Under the pieces are notes generated by a model that was given only the letters and a program-made list of their open reading frames with translations, did not search any database and was not told the DNA's origin. The position numbers and the translations under genes were made by a program. Source: Chitinophagaceae bacterium (GTDB taxonomy: Bacteria; Bacteroidota; Bacteroidia; Chitinophagales; Chitinophagaceae). Taken from it: a stretch of 64,000 nt of DNA. Below are positions 10,664 through 20,963 of the stretch, in pieces. Position 1 is the first letter of the stretch, and every line of letters starts with the position of its first letter. The DNA is taken from the NCBI GenBank assembly GCA_016708765.1, contig JADJFD010000001.1:179626-243625 (forward strand), written 5' to 3'.

Positions 10664-11833
10664 ATGTTAATGCAACAAACAATGCGTTGGTTCGGCCCAA
10701 ATGATCCGGTAAGTCTGGCAGATATACGACAATCGGGTTGCGAAGGTGTTGCGACGGCCTTACATCATATTCCGGTAGGAGAGATATGGCAACTCGATGA
10801 GATAAATAAAAGAAAGCAACAAGTTGAAGATGCTGGTATGTGCTGGACTGTAATTGAAAGTTTGCCCGTTAGCGAAGACATAAAAAAGCAAAGCGGAATT
10901 TTTTTATTACATATTGAGAATTACAAACAAAGCCTTCGAAATGTTTCCGCCTGCGGGTTAAAAGTTGTGACGTACAATTTTATGCCCATAATTGATTGGA
11001 TGAGAACTGACGTTTCTTACACGATGCCAGATGGAAGCAAGGCGCTGTATTTTGAACGTTCTGCATTTATTGCCTTTGATCTATACTTATTAGAAAGACC
11101 TCGAGCCGGAAAAGATTATACTGAAGTCGAAACAATGAAGGCAAAGCAAAGATTTAATGGAATGACAGGAGCTGAAAAGGAAACACTTTTTAAAAATGCA
11201 TTACTTGGTTTACCAGGAAGCGAGGAACAGTTTACAGAAGAGCAAATATTGACAGCATTAAAAACCTACAATGGCATTGATGAGGTTAAACTCAAACAAA
11301 ATCTCTTTTATTTTCTTCAGCAAATAATTCCTGTTGCAGAAGAGTGTGATTTAAAAATGGCCATTCATCCAGATGATCCTCCTTACCCTGTTTTAGGATT
11401 ACCAAGAATAGTAAGTACAGAGCAGGATGCAGAAGATATTCTTTCCGCTATTCCATCTCCGGCAAACGGCCTTTGTTTTTGTACTGGTTCATTGGGAGTT
11501 AGGCCAGATAATAACCTTATGAAAATGCTTAAACGTTTCGGAAGCCATATCCATTTCTTGCATTTAAGAAACACAACAAGAGATAGTGAGGGGAATTTTT
11601 ATGAAGCAAATCATCTTGAAGGCGATACAGATATGTATGCTGTTATTCGAGAAATTTTAATGATCATGAAGCAGCGGAATATTTCGATACCCATGCGACC
11701 AGATCATGGACACCAAATGCTGGATGATTTAATGAAAAAAACTAATCCCGGATATAGTGCTATCGGCAGACTTAGAGGTCTTGCTGAACTTAGAGGATTG
11801 GAGTTAGGAATTTCGAAATCATTGAATCTGTAA
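10664..11833 (+). CDS. uxuA: Mannonate dehydratase
   Basis: [55 protein letters not shown]. Confidence 0.97.
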   Translation: MLMQQTMRWFGPNDPVSLADIRQSGCEGVATALHHIPVGEIWQLDEINKRKQQVEDAGMCWTVIESLPVSEDIKKQSGIFLLHIENYKQSLRNVSACGLKVVTYNFMPIIDWMRTDVSYTMPDGSKALYFERSAFIAFDLYLLERPRAGKDYTEVETMKAKQRFNGMTGAEKETLFKNALLGLPGSEEQFTEEQILTALKTYNGIDEVKLKQNLFYFLQQIIPVAEECDLKMAIHPDDPPYPVLGLPRIVSTEQDAEDILSAIPSPANGLCFCTGSLGVRPDNNLMKMLKRFGSHIHFLHLRNTTRDSEGNFYEANHLEGDTDMYAVIREILMIMKQRNISIPMRPDHGHQMLDDLMKKTNPGYSAIGRLRGLAELRGLELGISKSLNL

Positions 11834-11846
11834 GTTCAGGATTATA

Positions 11847-12752
11847 TTATCGTTCTATAAAGACCTGCTTCCCGTTTAACCTTGTTAAGGAATCAAGCAC
11901 CTTTATTGAATCTACTGCATTTATAGGTAGCAATAAAAAAAGTTTGAAGGAGACAGAATCTTTGGTTTCCATCTTTACATCCCACTGAAAAGTTTTTAGT
12001 TTTGCGTATCGCTGAGTAGCTCTGTCTTTATCTGAGACTTCCAGAACGAATTTAGTAGTTCCAGTCTGGTTACTGATATTTTTAACGGGTAGTGCTGTTA
12101 TTGAATCTGGATTGGTGCTAAGGCTATCCTCCAGAAGGATAGTTTTGTTTTCTTTTGCTACTTCCGTCTTGTCACTATTATCAGCAGATGTTCTCTTATA
12201 AACTGTATATCCTCCCCAGATTGCTAATGCGATTCCTGCAATAACCAAAATGAATGTAACTGGCTTTTTCCAGTTTGATTTTTTTTCTTGCTTATATAAG
12301 GCACTTTTATAATCTGAAACAGGCTCTTCAGTCGAAGAATTTTGCTTTGTTTCTTTTATTTTTTGTTCTGAAAGTTTTTCTGTTAGTGCACTGCCTGGTG
12401 TAAATGAATATTCACCTGATCTTATTCTTGTAAGGCTTCCAATGCCTTCGAAAAGAAAAGGCTTCCCGATATTCATGAATTGTTTTGCCAGCTCCAGATG
12501 TGAATTCAGATCTGCAGAAGCTAATGCTTTTATTTTACCAGTGTAAGATGAAATAAATGAAACTAATTCCGGATCTTCTTTTGTCGCTGCATTACTTTCA
12601 AAAGAAACGCCTTCTATTCCAATTTCTTGATTTTTTTTATTCGAGTCTTCATCAATTATAATGGAATTGTCAAGAAGGAAGCTCCCGATACCCTGTAGGT
12701 CCAGCCTTTTGTTTTTATAAAGATATTGAGCAATAAGATGGGTTAATTTCAA
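11847..12752 (-). CDS. HU-like (HU-CCDC81-type) domain protein with one TM helix
   Basis: Likely TTG start (MKLTHLIAQYL). LDLQGIGSF and FLFEGIGSL HU-like motifs; TM VTFILVIAGIALAIWGGY. Confidence 0.6.
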   Translation of the reverse strand: MKLTHLIAQYLYKNKRLDLQGIGSFLLDNSIIIDEDSNKKNQEIGIEGVSFESNAATKEDPELVSFISSYTGKIKALASADLNSHLELAKQFMNIGKPFLFEGIGSLTRIRSGEYSFTPGSALTEKLSEQKIKETKQNSSTEEPVSDYKSALYKQEKKSNWKKPVTFILVIAGIALAIWGGYTVYKRTSADNSDKTEVAKENKTILLEDSLSTNPDSITALPVKNISNQTGTTKFVLEVSDKDRATQRYAKLKTFQWDVKMETKDSVSFKLFLLLPINAVDSIKVLDSLTRLNGKQVFIER

Positions 12753-12840
12753 AGCCTTTTTAATTAAGAGACACAATATAGATAAATTGTGCTGCTGATG
12801 CAAGTGGATAAGCCATTAGTATATTAACTTTGCAAGAATT

Positions 12841-13158
12841 ATGCTTACAGAAGGGGAGAAAGAGTTTATCACATATTGGGAGGAAAACAGAATACAAAAG
12901 AAAAAGGTACTTCGCCAGCTTTATGTCGGCCTACCAATGGCTGTTATTTTGATCATAGCCATTTTTATTAATTTTTTTTCAGGATGGTTTAAAAAGGCCG
13001 ATATGGCCCTTCACAGAGAAAAATCCTCTCTAATCATTGTATTAATTGTGGCAGCATTAATGATTGTTATCTTCATCGTAATTTTTTCTGCTCGCCATCG
13101 TTGGGATATGAATGAGCAATCTTACCGTGAATTAATAAGTAAACGGGATAAAGAATAA
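12841..13158 (+). CDS. Small two-TM hypothetical protein
   Basis: 105-aa ORF with two hydrophobic segments; TAnnTTTG promoter-like motif (taactttg) just upstream. Confidence 0.75.
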   Translation: MLTEGEKEFITYWEENRIQKKKVLRQLYVGLPMAVILIIAIFINFFSGWFKKADMALHREKSSLIIVLIVAALMIVIFIVIFSARHRWDMNEQSYRELISKRDKE

Positions 13159-13218
13159 CTGCTGATATTTGCAGCGAAAAACCTTAAAAGGGAGTCTTAA
13201 ATAAACAAACATATAAAA

Positions 13219-13698
13219 ATGAAAAAATTTCTTTCCATTATTTCTATTTCGATACTTCTTTTGGGTACTTCTAGTTGCTTAAAAGATGTGGATTCCTGCA
13301 CACCTAAGAGTGTTCAAACTGAGGCTTCAGCAATTGCGGCGTATGCAACTGCCAACGGCATTAATGGAACAACTCACCCAAGTGGAATCTACTATGAGAT
13401 TGTAAATCCAGGTAGTGGTCCAACTCCGACGATCTCTTCTACAGTTACTGCTAATTATGTTGGAAAATTTATTACTAACAACAGCACATTTGATCAAACA
13501 ACTCCGGCGACAGGACCAGCTGCATTTCCGCTGAATGGTGTTATTGCTGGATGGCAAATTGCTTTGCCATTAATTCAAAAAGGGGGCACTATAAAATTCA
13601 TAATACCGTCCTCTTTGGCTTATGGCTGTACAGGGTTTCGGACTATTGGCCCCGATGAAATATTGTTCTTCGAAGTTACATTGGTTGATGTAATGTAA
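13219..13698 (+). CDS. FKBP-type peptidyl-prolyl isomerase (lipoprotein)
   Basis: Lipobox TSSC; VTANYVGK..FD, VIAGWQIAL, IIPSSLAYG, LFFEVTL. Confidence 0.93.
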   Translation: MKKFLSIISISILLLGTSSCLKDVDSCTPKSVQTEASAIAAYATANGINGTTHPSGIYYEIVNPGSGPTPTISSTVTANYVGKFITNNSTFDQTTPATGPAAFPLNGVIAGWQIALPLIQKGGTIKFIIPSSLAYGCTGFRTIGPDEILFFEVTLVDVM

Positions 13699-13721
13699 TT
13701 TCCCTATTAATCAAATTTTTG

Positions 13722-13756
13722 AAACCCCGCTTAGCATTCTGCTTTACGGGGTTTTT
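13722..13756 (+). terminator. Intrinsic terminator after the FKBP gene
   Basis: aaaccccg...cggggttt followed by T run. Confidence 0.65.
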
Positions 13757-13784
13757 AATTGTACTTTTGAAAAAATAACAAGCT

Positions 13785-15211
13785 GTGTCATACGAGGCAA
13801 TTTCCGTTTTTGATATTTTTAAGATAGGCGTAGGCCCTCTAGTTCGCATACATTGGGTCCGTGGCGGGCGGCTCAGCGGTTTGTACAAACATTGAAGGAC
13901 AAGAACTTGCTGTTTGATGTAAACGAAGTAAGGGTTTTGTTATACGGTTCTTTAGCTAAAACAGGGAAAGGACATGGTACTGATGTAGCCGTTCAACTGG
14001 GACTTTGTGGAGATGATCCGGTTACTTTTGCGGTAGATCAGATTGATGCCAAAATCAATGACATTACTAGTATGAAAAAATTGGTTTTGCTTGGCTTGCA
14101 TGAAGTTGATTTCGACCCAAATGAAGACATAGATTTCCTTATCACAGAAAGCCTCCCTTTTCATCCCAATGCTGTTACATTTCTAGCTAAAACAATGAAT
14201 GGAGATGATTTTGCCGAAACTTATTATTCAATAGGCGGTGGATTTGTTGTAAAAGAAGGAGAGGATACGATCGGCAGTGAAGTTGTTCAATTACCATTTC
14301 CAATTAATACTGCGGCTGATATTCAACATTGGTGTTTAAAAACTGGAATGTCAATAAGTGAAGTAGTGATGGAGAATGAAAGTGCTTGGCGAAATGATGC
14401 CGAAACGAAAGAAGGTGTTTTGAATATCTGGAGGGTAATGAAAGAATGTATTTATCGTGGTTGTCATACTGGAGGTATGCTTCCAGGCGGATTGAATGTA
14501 AAAAGAAGAGCAGCGGCTTTAAATAAAAAATTAATAGCCGGAAAAGAATACAGTGATTACAATTCATGGTTATCCATTATCCGATCTGGCGGAAATGATT
14601 TTAAATATACGTTGGATTGGGTAAGTTGTTTTGCATTGGCAGTAAATGAAGAGAATGCTGCATTTGGCAGAGTCGTTACAGCACCAACTAACGGTGCTGC
14701 GGGAGTGATTCCTGCAGTATTACAATATTATATTGCTTTTTGCGATGGTAATAAAGAAGAAAAGATTATACAGTTTTTATTAACGGCTTCTGAAATTGGC
14801 AGTATTTTTAAAAAAGGAGCGACACTTTCTGCTGCTATGGGTGGATGCCAAGCAGAGATTGGCGTTTCTTCTGCAATGGCAGCAGCAGGATTGACAGAAT
14901 GTATGGGCGGCACACAAAAGCAAGTGATGATGGCTTCTGAAATTGCTATGGAACATCATCTCGGTCTTACTTGTGATCCAATTGGAGGCCTTGTACAAGT
15001 TCCTTGTATCGAAAGAAATACGATGGGAGCTATCAAAGCAATAACAGCCTCGCAATTAGCATTACAAAGCACTCCAGATTTTGCAAAAGTTTCATTGGAT
15101 GCAGTCATCAAAACCATGTGGGATACAGCAAAGGACATGAATAATAAATACAAAGAAACGGCAGACGGCGGACTGGCGATAAATGTGCCATTGAGTTTGC
15201 CTGAGTGTTAA
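13785..15211 (+). CDS. sdaA: L-serine ammonia-lyase (Fe-S), apparent 1-bp deletion near 13835-13837
   Basis: A GTG start gives [17 protein letters not shown] and the shifted frame gives SSSHTLGPW; one extra C restores GPSSSHT. Downstream motifs [19 protein letters not shown] and [19 protein letters not shown] are intact. Confidence 0.92.
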
Positions 15212-15262
15212 TCTCTTTTTATACTCTCTCTTACTTATCTTTAAGAATTAAATTATTTACCC

Positions 15263-17152
15263 ATGAAGAAGATTGCCTCACTACTTCTTGTAACGCTTTT
15301 TGCTATTTTTTGTAATGCACAGCAAACCCAAAAACCTCCTTTGCATGGAAAAAATTGGATGGCGATAACAGGTAAACCTTTAGCAGCTACTGCAGGTTCA
15401 ATGATCTTTCAACAAGGAGGTAATGCAGTTGATGCAGCTTGTGCAATGTTGGCGGCCACTTGCACAATGTGGGATGTGTTGAGCTGGGGTGGAGAAACGC
15501 AGGCGTTAATCTATAATCCAAAAACAAAAAAAGTAATTGCTATAAATGCATTAGGCGTAGCACCAACCGGAGCGACTGTTGAATTTTTTAAAGGCAAGGG
15601 TTATTCTTTTCCTCCTGAATATGGTCCATTGGCGGCAACTACTCCAGGAACAGTTGGTGGTTTATGTTTGATGCTGGCTGAATATGGAACCATGAGTTTG
15701 GAACAGGTATTAAAACCTGCTATGGAATTGGCGGCAGGTTATGCAATTGATGCACAAACTGCCAATGCAATGGAAAGAGGCAAGGCTAGAATAAAAGAAT
15801 GGCCATACAGTACAAAAGTTTTCTTGCCACATTCAGGTGAAAAGAGAGAAGCCCCAGTTGCCGGAGAAATTTTTGTACAAAAAGAATTGCTTGCTACACT
15901 TACAAAGATGATTGAATCAGAACGAGAGATGTTGAAGAAAAAGAAAAGCCGTAAGGAAGCTATCATGGCAGCGAATGATCGTTTTTATAAAGGAGATATT
16001 GCCAAAGAATTTGTTCGTGGAAGTAATGAACAGGGCGGATTAATAACAATGGAAGACCTGGCTAAATGGAAACCAATTATTGAAGTACCGTTATCAGTAA
16101 ATTATAAAGGAATTGATGTTTACAAAATGCAGCAATGGACGCAAGGTCCAGTTCTTTTGCAATCTCTAAATATGCTGGAGAATTTTGATTTGAAAAAAAT
16201 GGGATATAACAGCACCAAATACATTCATACGTTGTATCAAACAATGAATATGACTTTTGCTGACCGTGACTTTTATTATGGTGATCCATATTTTTCTCCC
16301 GAAGAACCGATGAAAGGTTTGCTAAGTAAGGAATATGCAAAACAAAGAGCAGGAATGATTAATCTGGACATGAACGATGCGAATGTCGGCCCCGGCGATC
16401 CTTATCCATTTGAGGGGAAAACTAATCCATACTTAAATCTGATTAACGAACGAAAAAAATATACAGATACTTCGCTTAAACAAGGAAGTGCTACACCCGA
16501 CCATGATGTAAGAAACGTTGCAATGAGTGATGAAGAGTATATGCAAAATTTATGGATGGGTACAACCACTGTTGAAGCAGCAGATAAAGATGGGTGGATA
16601 GTTTCCATTACACCAAGTGGTGGATGGTTACCGGCATGTATCGCAGGTAATACCGGAGTTGGAATGAGTCAGCGAATTCAAAGCTTTGTTTTAGATGCTG
16701 AATTAGATCCGTTTAATGTTATTGAGCCCGGTAAAAGACCTAGAGTAACATTAACACCTTCATTGGCATTAAAAGACGGCAAACCATTTTTATCGTTTGC
16801 TGTGCAAGGAGGAGATACTCAAGATCAAAATTTGCTGCAGTTCTTTTTAAATATGGTAGAGTTTGGAATGACGGTTCAACAAGCCTGTGAAGCTGCTAAT
16901 ATTAACAGCAACCAACTTTGGCTTTCGTTGGGAGGCACAAAAATCAGCGACCGCAAACCAAGAGCAGGCAATCTTTTATTACATGATAAAACACCGCAAG
17001 CTGTTAGAGATGAATTAAAGAAAATGGGTTACAAACTATCTTTTGATGATCGTACCAGTGGACCAATCAATGCTATTTACTTTGATTGGAAGAATGGAAG
17101 TTTTTGGGGCGGCAGTAGTAATCATGGTGAAGATTATGGGATAGGCTGGTAG
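15263..17152 (+). CDS. ggt: Gamma-glutamyltransferase-family Ntn hydrolase
   Basis: Signal peptide, GGNAVDAA, TFADRDFYYGDP, nucleophile region GTTTVEAAD, PGKRPRVTLTP, QGGDTQDQ. Confidence 0.9.
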   Translation: MKKIASLLLVTLFAIFCNAQQTQKPPLHGKNWMAITGKPLAATAGSMIFQQGGNAVDAACAMLAATCTMWDVLSWGGETQALIYNPKTKKVIAINALGVAPTGATVEFFKGKGYSFPPEYGPLAATTPGTVGGLCLMLAEYGTMSLEQVLKPAMELAAGYAIDAQTANAMERGKARIKEWPYSTKVFLPHSGEKREAPVAGEIFVQKELLATLTKMIESEREMLKKKKSRKEAIMAANDRFYKGDIAKEFVRGSNEQGGLITMEDLAKWKPIIEVPLSVNYKGIDVYKMQQWTQGPVLLQSLNMLENFDLKKMGYNSTKYIHTLYQTMNMTFADRDFYYGDPYFSPEEPMKGLLSKEYAKQRAGMINLDMNDANVGPGDPYPFEGKTNPYLNLINERKKYTDTSLKQGSATPDHDVRNVAMSDEEYMQNLWMGTTTVEAADKDGWIVSITPSGGWLPACIAGNTGVGMSQRIQSFVLDAELDPFNVIEPGKRPRVTLTPSLALKDGKPFLSFAVQGGDTQDQNLLQFFLNMVEFGMTVQQACEAANINSNQLWLSLGGTKISDRKPRAGNLLLHDKTPQAVRDELKKMGYKLSFDDRTSGPINAIYFDWKNGSFWGGSSNHGEDYGIGW

Positions 17153-17159
17153 AATTTAA
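17084..17159 (+). repeat. Direct repeat copy 1 (3' end of ggt)
   Basis: Aligns to 18550-18626 with few mismatches. Confidence 0.9.
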
Positions 17160-17231
17160 TATTATTTTACTAAATTTTCTTCAACTTCCATTGTGTATTT
17201 ACAAAATAAAATAAAAATCCCTCCTATACTT

Positions 17232-18407
17232 TTATGTTATTAAATCTCGACTCTTCCTCATGCCAAAAGTTGTAAGCTCATAAATAATTTTGAACCATAT
17301 TAAAATACAAGGAACAGCTTTTAAAACATATGGTATTACATAATTTTCCCTAATACCTTTTGGAAATAGATCAGTTGGCGAAAGAACAGTGAAGATTATT
17401 GCGAGAAATAGCAGTATTGTATTTTCAATTTTTCTTTCTTGACTATAGAACCAAATTGCAACACCAGCCACGGCAATGATAAAAGTTGCCGATTCCGCCT
17501 TATGATTAAATATTACTACCCAAATCAAAATAGAAGATAAAAAGAGTGTTTTAAAGGTCTGGTCTTCATAATACTTAAATTTTAATGCCGGGATTAAGAA
17601 TATAATGGCACCCAACAATAGAATAATGTTTTTATTGATTGCTACACCAAACCAACTGTAAAGCCATCCTGCAGTTGAAAGACCGTACGATACACTATGA
17701 TCATAGGATAAAAGGTCAAACCAACTTCGATAAAGAAACAAAAGCTGATTCGTAGATATAAGTATTAAAGGCAGAGCCAAAAAGAGTAAAGTCCATCCAA
17801 TTGTATAGGCAATAGCTTTGAGTTTTTCAGGATAAAAAAGAAAAATAGCAAAAGCTACTATGCCGAATATTTTAATAAATACACACAAAACAATGAACAA
17901 TGATGCCATTGCAATTTTTTTCTTTTCCAAAAAGATGAATGCAAATATGATAAGACCGGCAATCAGCCCATTGCTTTGCGAATTTTGAATAGAAGTTATT
18001 AACTCAATCAGGATAATTGCCAGCATGAATAGCCTTGTTCTATTAGTTTGCAATGGTAATTTCCAAAGAGCCAGAAATAAAACTAAAACGTTTAATAAAT
18101 TCCAAAGAAACAAACCTGCTAAATCTGGCAAATAAGCTATTGGTGCCATTAATAGTGAAAATGTTGGACTGTATTTAAAATAGTCAAAGTGTTCAGCAGG
18201 ATATAACTGATAGAGATCTTTATTTTGAATTAAATGAAAATAGGATTCCTTGAAAATTTTATAGTTATTATAATGTGTAGCCCCAGCTTCTTCGTTTCTC
18301 AATACAGTTAAGAGGTATGTTTGCCCTGTTATTATTATTGTAATAATAGTAAGTATGATACCAACATACAATGGATTTTGTAATACCTCCTTAGTCTTTT
18401 TAAGCAT
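17232..18407 (-). CDS. Glycosyltransferase family 87 / DUF2029-like polytopic membrane protein
   Basis: NNYKIFK, DYFKYSPTF, QSNGLIAGL, WVVIFNHKAES and many TM helices; start placed at MLKKTKE (the track start at 18458 is possible). Confidence 0.8.
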   Translation of the reverse strand: MLKKTKEVLQNPLYVGIILTIITIIITGQTYLLTVLRNEEAGATHYNNYKIFKESYFHLIQNKDLYQLYPAEHFDYFKYSPTFSLLMAPIAYLPDLAGLFLWNLLNVLVLFLALWKLPLQTNRTRLFMLAIILIELITSIQNSQSNGLIAGLIIFAFIFLEKKKIAMASLFIVLCVFIKIFGIVAFAIFLFYPEKLKAIAYTIGWTLLFLALPLILISTNQLLFLYRSWFDLLSYDHSVSYGLSTAGWLYSWFGVAINKNIILLLGAIIFLIPALKFKYYEDQTFKTLFLSSILIWVVIFNHKAESATFIIAVAGVAIWFYSQERKIENTILLFLAIIFTVLSPTDLFPKGIRENYVIPYVLKAVPCILIWFKIIYELTTFGMRKSRDLIT

Positions 18408-18549
18408 AAAATTCAAAGATTTGGGAATGAGTGAAAACTGGGTTTTAAATTGAAGCAATTTAATTCAAATAATCATTAGAAATGTATTGCTGAGTATATT
18501 CCATTTAAGTATCCGTTGGTTTAATCTTATTATTAAAGGTTTAAAATTG

Positions 18550-18626
18550 GATTAGAAAGAATGAAAGCTTTTGGGGCGGCAGTAGTAATCATGGTGAGGA
18601 TTATGGGATAGGGTGGTAGGATTTAA
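18550..18626 (+). repeat. Direct repeat copy 2 (orphan ggt 3' end, still reads SFWGGSSNHGEDYGIGW*)
   Basis: agc ttt tgg ggc ggc agt agt aat cat ggt gag gat tat ggg ata ggg tgg tag. Confidence 0.9.
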
Positions 18627-20332
18627 AGATTTTTATTAGAAAGAAATTTTTCAAATTGTTTTATTGAAAAACTACTTAAATTATTCTCTTTCGTCATTCC
18701 ACCTTTTTGTGCAGCTAGCACTCCATATTTAATATCATCAAATCCATCTAAGGAATGGGCGTCTGGATCAATTGATAACAATACATTTTTTTCAATAGCA
18801 TAATCAATCCATTTCCAGTCAATATCCAATCGGCGGGGATGTGCATTCAGTTCTATTACTACATTATTTGCGGCACAGGCTTCTATAATTTTCTTATGGT
18901 CAACGGGGTAACCATTGCGGGTTAGTAAAAGCCTTCCCGTCATATGGCCCAAAATAGTGGTGTAAGGATTTTCAATGGCTGTAATTAGCCGCTTCATCGC
19001 TTTTTCTTCCGTCATTTTAAGAATGCTATGAACAGAAGCAATCACCAAGTCGAATGTTTTCAGAATATGCTCGGGATAATCCAGCTTTCCATCATATAAT
19101 ATGTCGCTTTCAATGCTTTTGAAGATTTTGAAAGCTTGTCCGCCGGAGTCTCGTTCCAAACGAGACGAAGGTTGGAGTGCAAATCTTGCATTCAGCTCAT
19201 CTATTTGCTTTTGCTGTGCAATAATCCGATCTTCTTTCAATCCATTGGCATAAAAAGCAGATTGAGAGTGATCGGAAATAACAAGATATTCAAATCCCCG
19301 TTTGATGCATTCATCCGCCATTTCTTCCAATGTATTACTTCCATCACTCCAATTACTATGGCTGTGAATAATAGAACGGATATCTTCTGTTTGTATAAGT
19401 TCAGGTAGTTTATTATTCTTTGCTCTTTCAATAATTTTTTCCGTTTCCCTCATGCAAGGAACGATGTAAGGAATGCCTGCATCCAAAAAAATATCCTCTT
19501 CAGTTTTTGCTTTGGCGTAATCAATTGTTGGAAATGCTTTTTGAAAAGCATCAATAAATTCTGCTGAACCTGTTGTTACAAATTGCCGTTCTATAATATT
19601 TTGTTCGCCAGTATATAAACGAAGCTTTAATCCGTTCTTCAATTTATATAAGAGGTTGTCGTCAATTTCTTCCAGTAACTCAGGTGGTTGCGCTGTTTCA
19701 AATTTTGGTTTTACAGTTTCGTTTGTTTCATTTATTACAAATTCTAATTCTTCAATTGTCAAAGCATGTCTTCTGTAAGCACCAGTTTGCATCACTTTTT
19801 CTGGCGAAAATAATTTTTTCAAATAGGCTTCAATCTGCGGAAAAACATCATTTAGCTGCGCAAATAAAAAATGTCCCTGATTTTGAAAATAGAATTCGAT
19901 TGCTTCTTGCACATTTTTTTGTGTCTTTTCTCCGAAGCCTTTAAACAGTGTTAACCTATTTTCATTACATGCATAAAGCAATTCACCCAACGATTCAATT
20001 TCCATTTCTTTCCAAATGGTATTGATTTTTTTTGGACCGATTCCTTTTATGTTCAGCATTTCGATTACACCAGGGGGAGTATTATTGATGTATTCACTAA
20101 GCACTTCCAGCTTACCAGTGTCAATCATTTCAGCCACTTTTTTACCCGTACTTTCTCCAATTCCTTTTATGCTAAAGAGTTTTTCCCGGGGCGTTTCTTT
20201 TAATTGCATGGGCAGCTTCTCTATGTTGAAAGCCGCTATAGCAAAGGTTTTTGACTTAAAGGAGTTTTCGCCATGTATATCCATCAGCTTGGCGAGTAGT
20301 GCAAAATTGTCGGCAATAGCAGCATTATCCAT
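18623..20332 (-). CDS. polX: DNA polymerase X / PHP-domain protein
   Basis: N-terminal GENSFK, HhH IKGIGPKK, PHP motifs HSHSNWSDG, ISDHSQS, SIESDIL, IASVHS, LGHMTGR, ELNAHPRRLD, PDAHS. Confidence 0.92.
   Translation of the reverse strand: MDNAAIADNFALLAKLMDIHGENSFKSKTFAIAAFNIEKLPMQLKETPREKLFSIKGIGESTGKKVAEMIDTGKLEVLSEYINNTPPGVIEMLNIKGIGPKKINTIWKEMEIESLGELLYACNENRLTLFKGFGEKTQKNVQEAIEFYFQNQGHFLFAQLNDVFPQIEAYLKKLFSPEKVMQTGAYRRHALTIEELEFVINETNETVKPKFETAQPPELLEEIDDNLLYKLKNGLKLRLYTGEQNIIERQFVTTGSAEFIDAFQKAFPTIDYAKAKTEEDIFLDAGIPYIVPCMRETEKIIERAKNNKLPELIQTEDIRSIIHSHSNWSDGSNTLEEMADECIKRGFEYLVISDHSQSAFYANGLKEDRIIAQQKQIDELNARFALQPSSRLERDSGGQAFKIFKSIESDILYDGKLDYPEHILKTFDLVIASVHSILKMTEEKAMKRLITAIENPYTTILGHMTGRLLLTRNGYPVDHKKIIEACAANNVVIELNAHPRRLDIDWKWIDYAIEKNVLLSIDPDAHSLDGFDDIKYGVLAAQKGGMTKENNLSSFSIKQFEKFLSNKNL
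19135..19176. repeat. 42-nt palindromic element inserted in frame in polX
   Basis: cttgtccgccgga-gtctcgtt-cca-aacgagac-gaaggttgga; perfect 8-bp inner stem. Exact removal converts ARFALQPSSRLERDSGGQAFK into ARFAPFK. Confidence 0.8.
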
Positions 20333-20362
20333 AGGTCAAATTTAAGATTATATACAGGGCAT

Positions 20363-20390
20363 AAAAAAAGTCCTGATGAATCAGGACTTT
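20363..20390 (-). terminator. Intrinsic terminator after the histone-like gene
   Basis: aaagtcctga-tgaa-tcaggacttt perfect 10-bp stem with T run on the minus strand. Confidence 0.8.
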
Positions 20391-20412
20391 CAATATGTTT
20401 AATTGCTTAAAC

Positions 20413-20547
20413 TTATTTCTTTTTAGCTGCTTTCTTCTTAGCCGCTTTCTTTTTAGGAGCTGCTTTTTTCTTAGCTGCTTTCTTTTTAGGAGCTGCTTTT
20501 TTCTTTGGAGCTGCTTTTTTCTTAGCTGCTTTTTTCTTTGTTGCCAT
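20413..20547 (-). CDS. 44-aa Lys/Ala-rich histone-H1-like protein (KKKAA[P] repeats); absent from the ORF track
   Basis: ATG at 20547 reads MATKKKAAKKKAAPKKKAAPKKKAAKKKAAPKKKAAKKKAAKKK*. Codons vary synonymously between units, and it has its own terminator. Confidence 0.85.
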   Translation of the reverse strand: MATKKKAAKKKAAPKKKAAPKKKAAKKKAAPKKKAAKKKAAKKK

Positions 20548-20651
20548 TTTGTTTAGAATTTAATGTTAGTAAATAATGGATTAACGTAGTAAAAATAAGA
20601 TTTTTTTAATACTACCCAAATTTTTTTTCCACAAAATGCTAAACAAGGTAA

Positions 20652-20918
20652 TTATGCTGTTGCTTCAACTGCAGCAACAGAAACTGTTGTTCTGTCTTTT
20701 TTTCCTTTACGGAATTCAACAAGACCATCCGTTAATGCAAATAATGTAAAGTCTTTTCCAAGACCAACATTTTTTCCAGGATGATAAACAGTGCCACGTT
20801 GACGAACAATAATATTTCCTGATAGTGCAGGTTGGCCACCAAATATTTTTACACCAAGGCGTTTGCTTTGTGAGTCACGGTTATTCTTTACGCTACCTTC
20901 ACCTTTTTTATGTGCCAT
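20652..20918 (-). CDS. rpmA: 50S ribosomal protein L27
   Basis: [24 protein letters not shown]. Confidence 0.98.
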   Translation of the reverse strand: MAHKKGEGSVKNNRDSQSKRLGVKIFGGQPALSGNIIVRQRGTVYHPGKNVGLGKDFTLFALTDGLVEFRKGKKDRTTVSVAAVEATA

Positions 20919-20963
20919 ATCTCGAAGTTTTTTAAATTAATACTTTGGTTATTCAAATTGCGA

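Noticed and set aside
20413-20547. CRISPR array or non-coding tandem repeat
   Set aside because: The units are 15-18 nt, contiguous with no spacers, and vary at synonymous positions in one open frame. No CRISPR array or cas gene was seen anywhere in the window.
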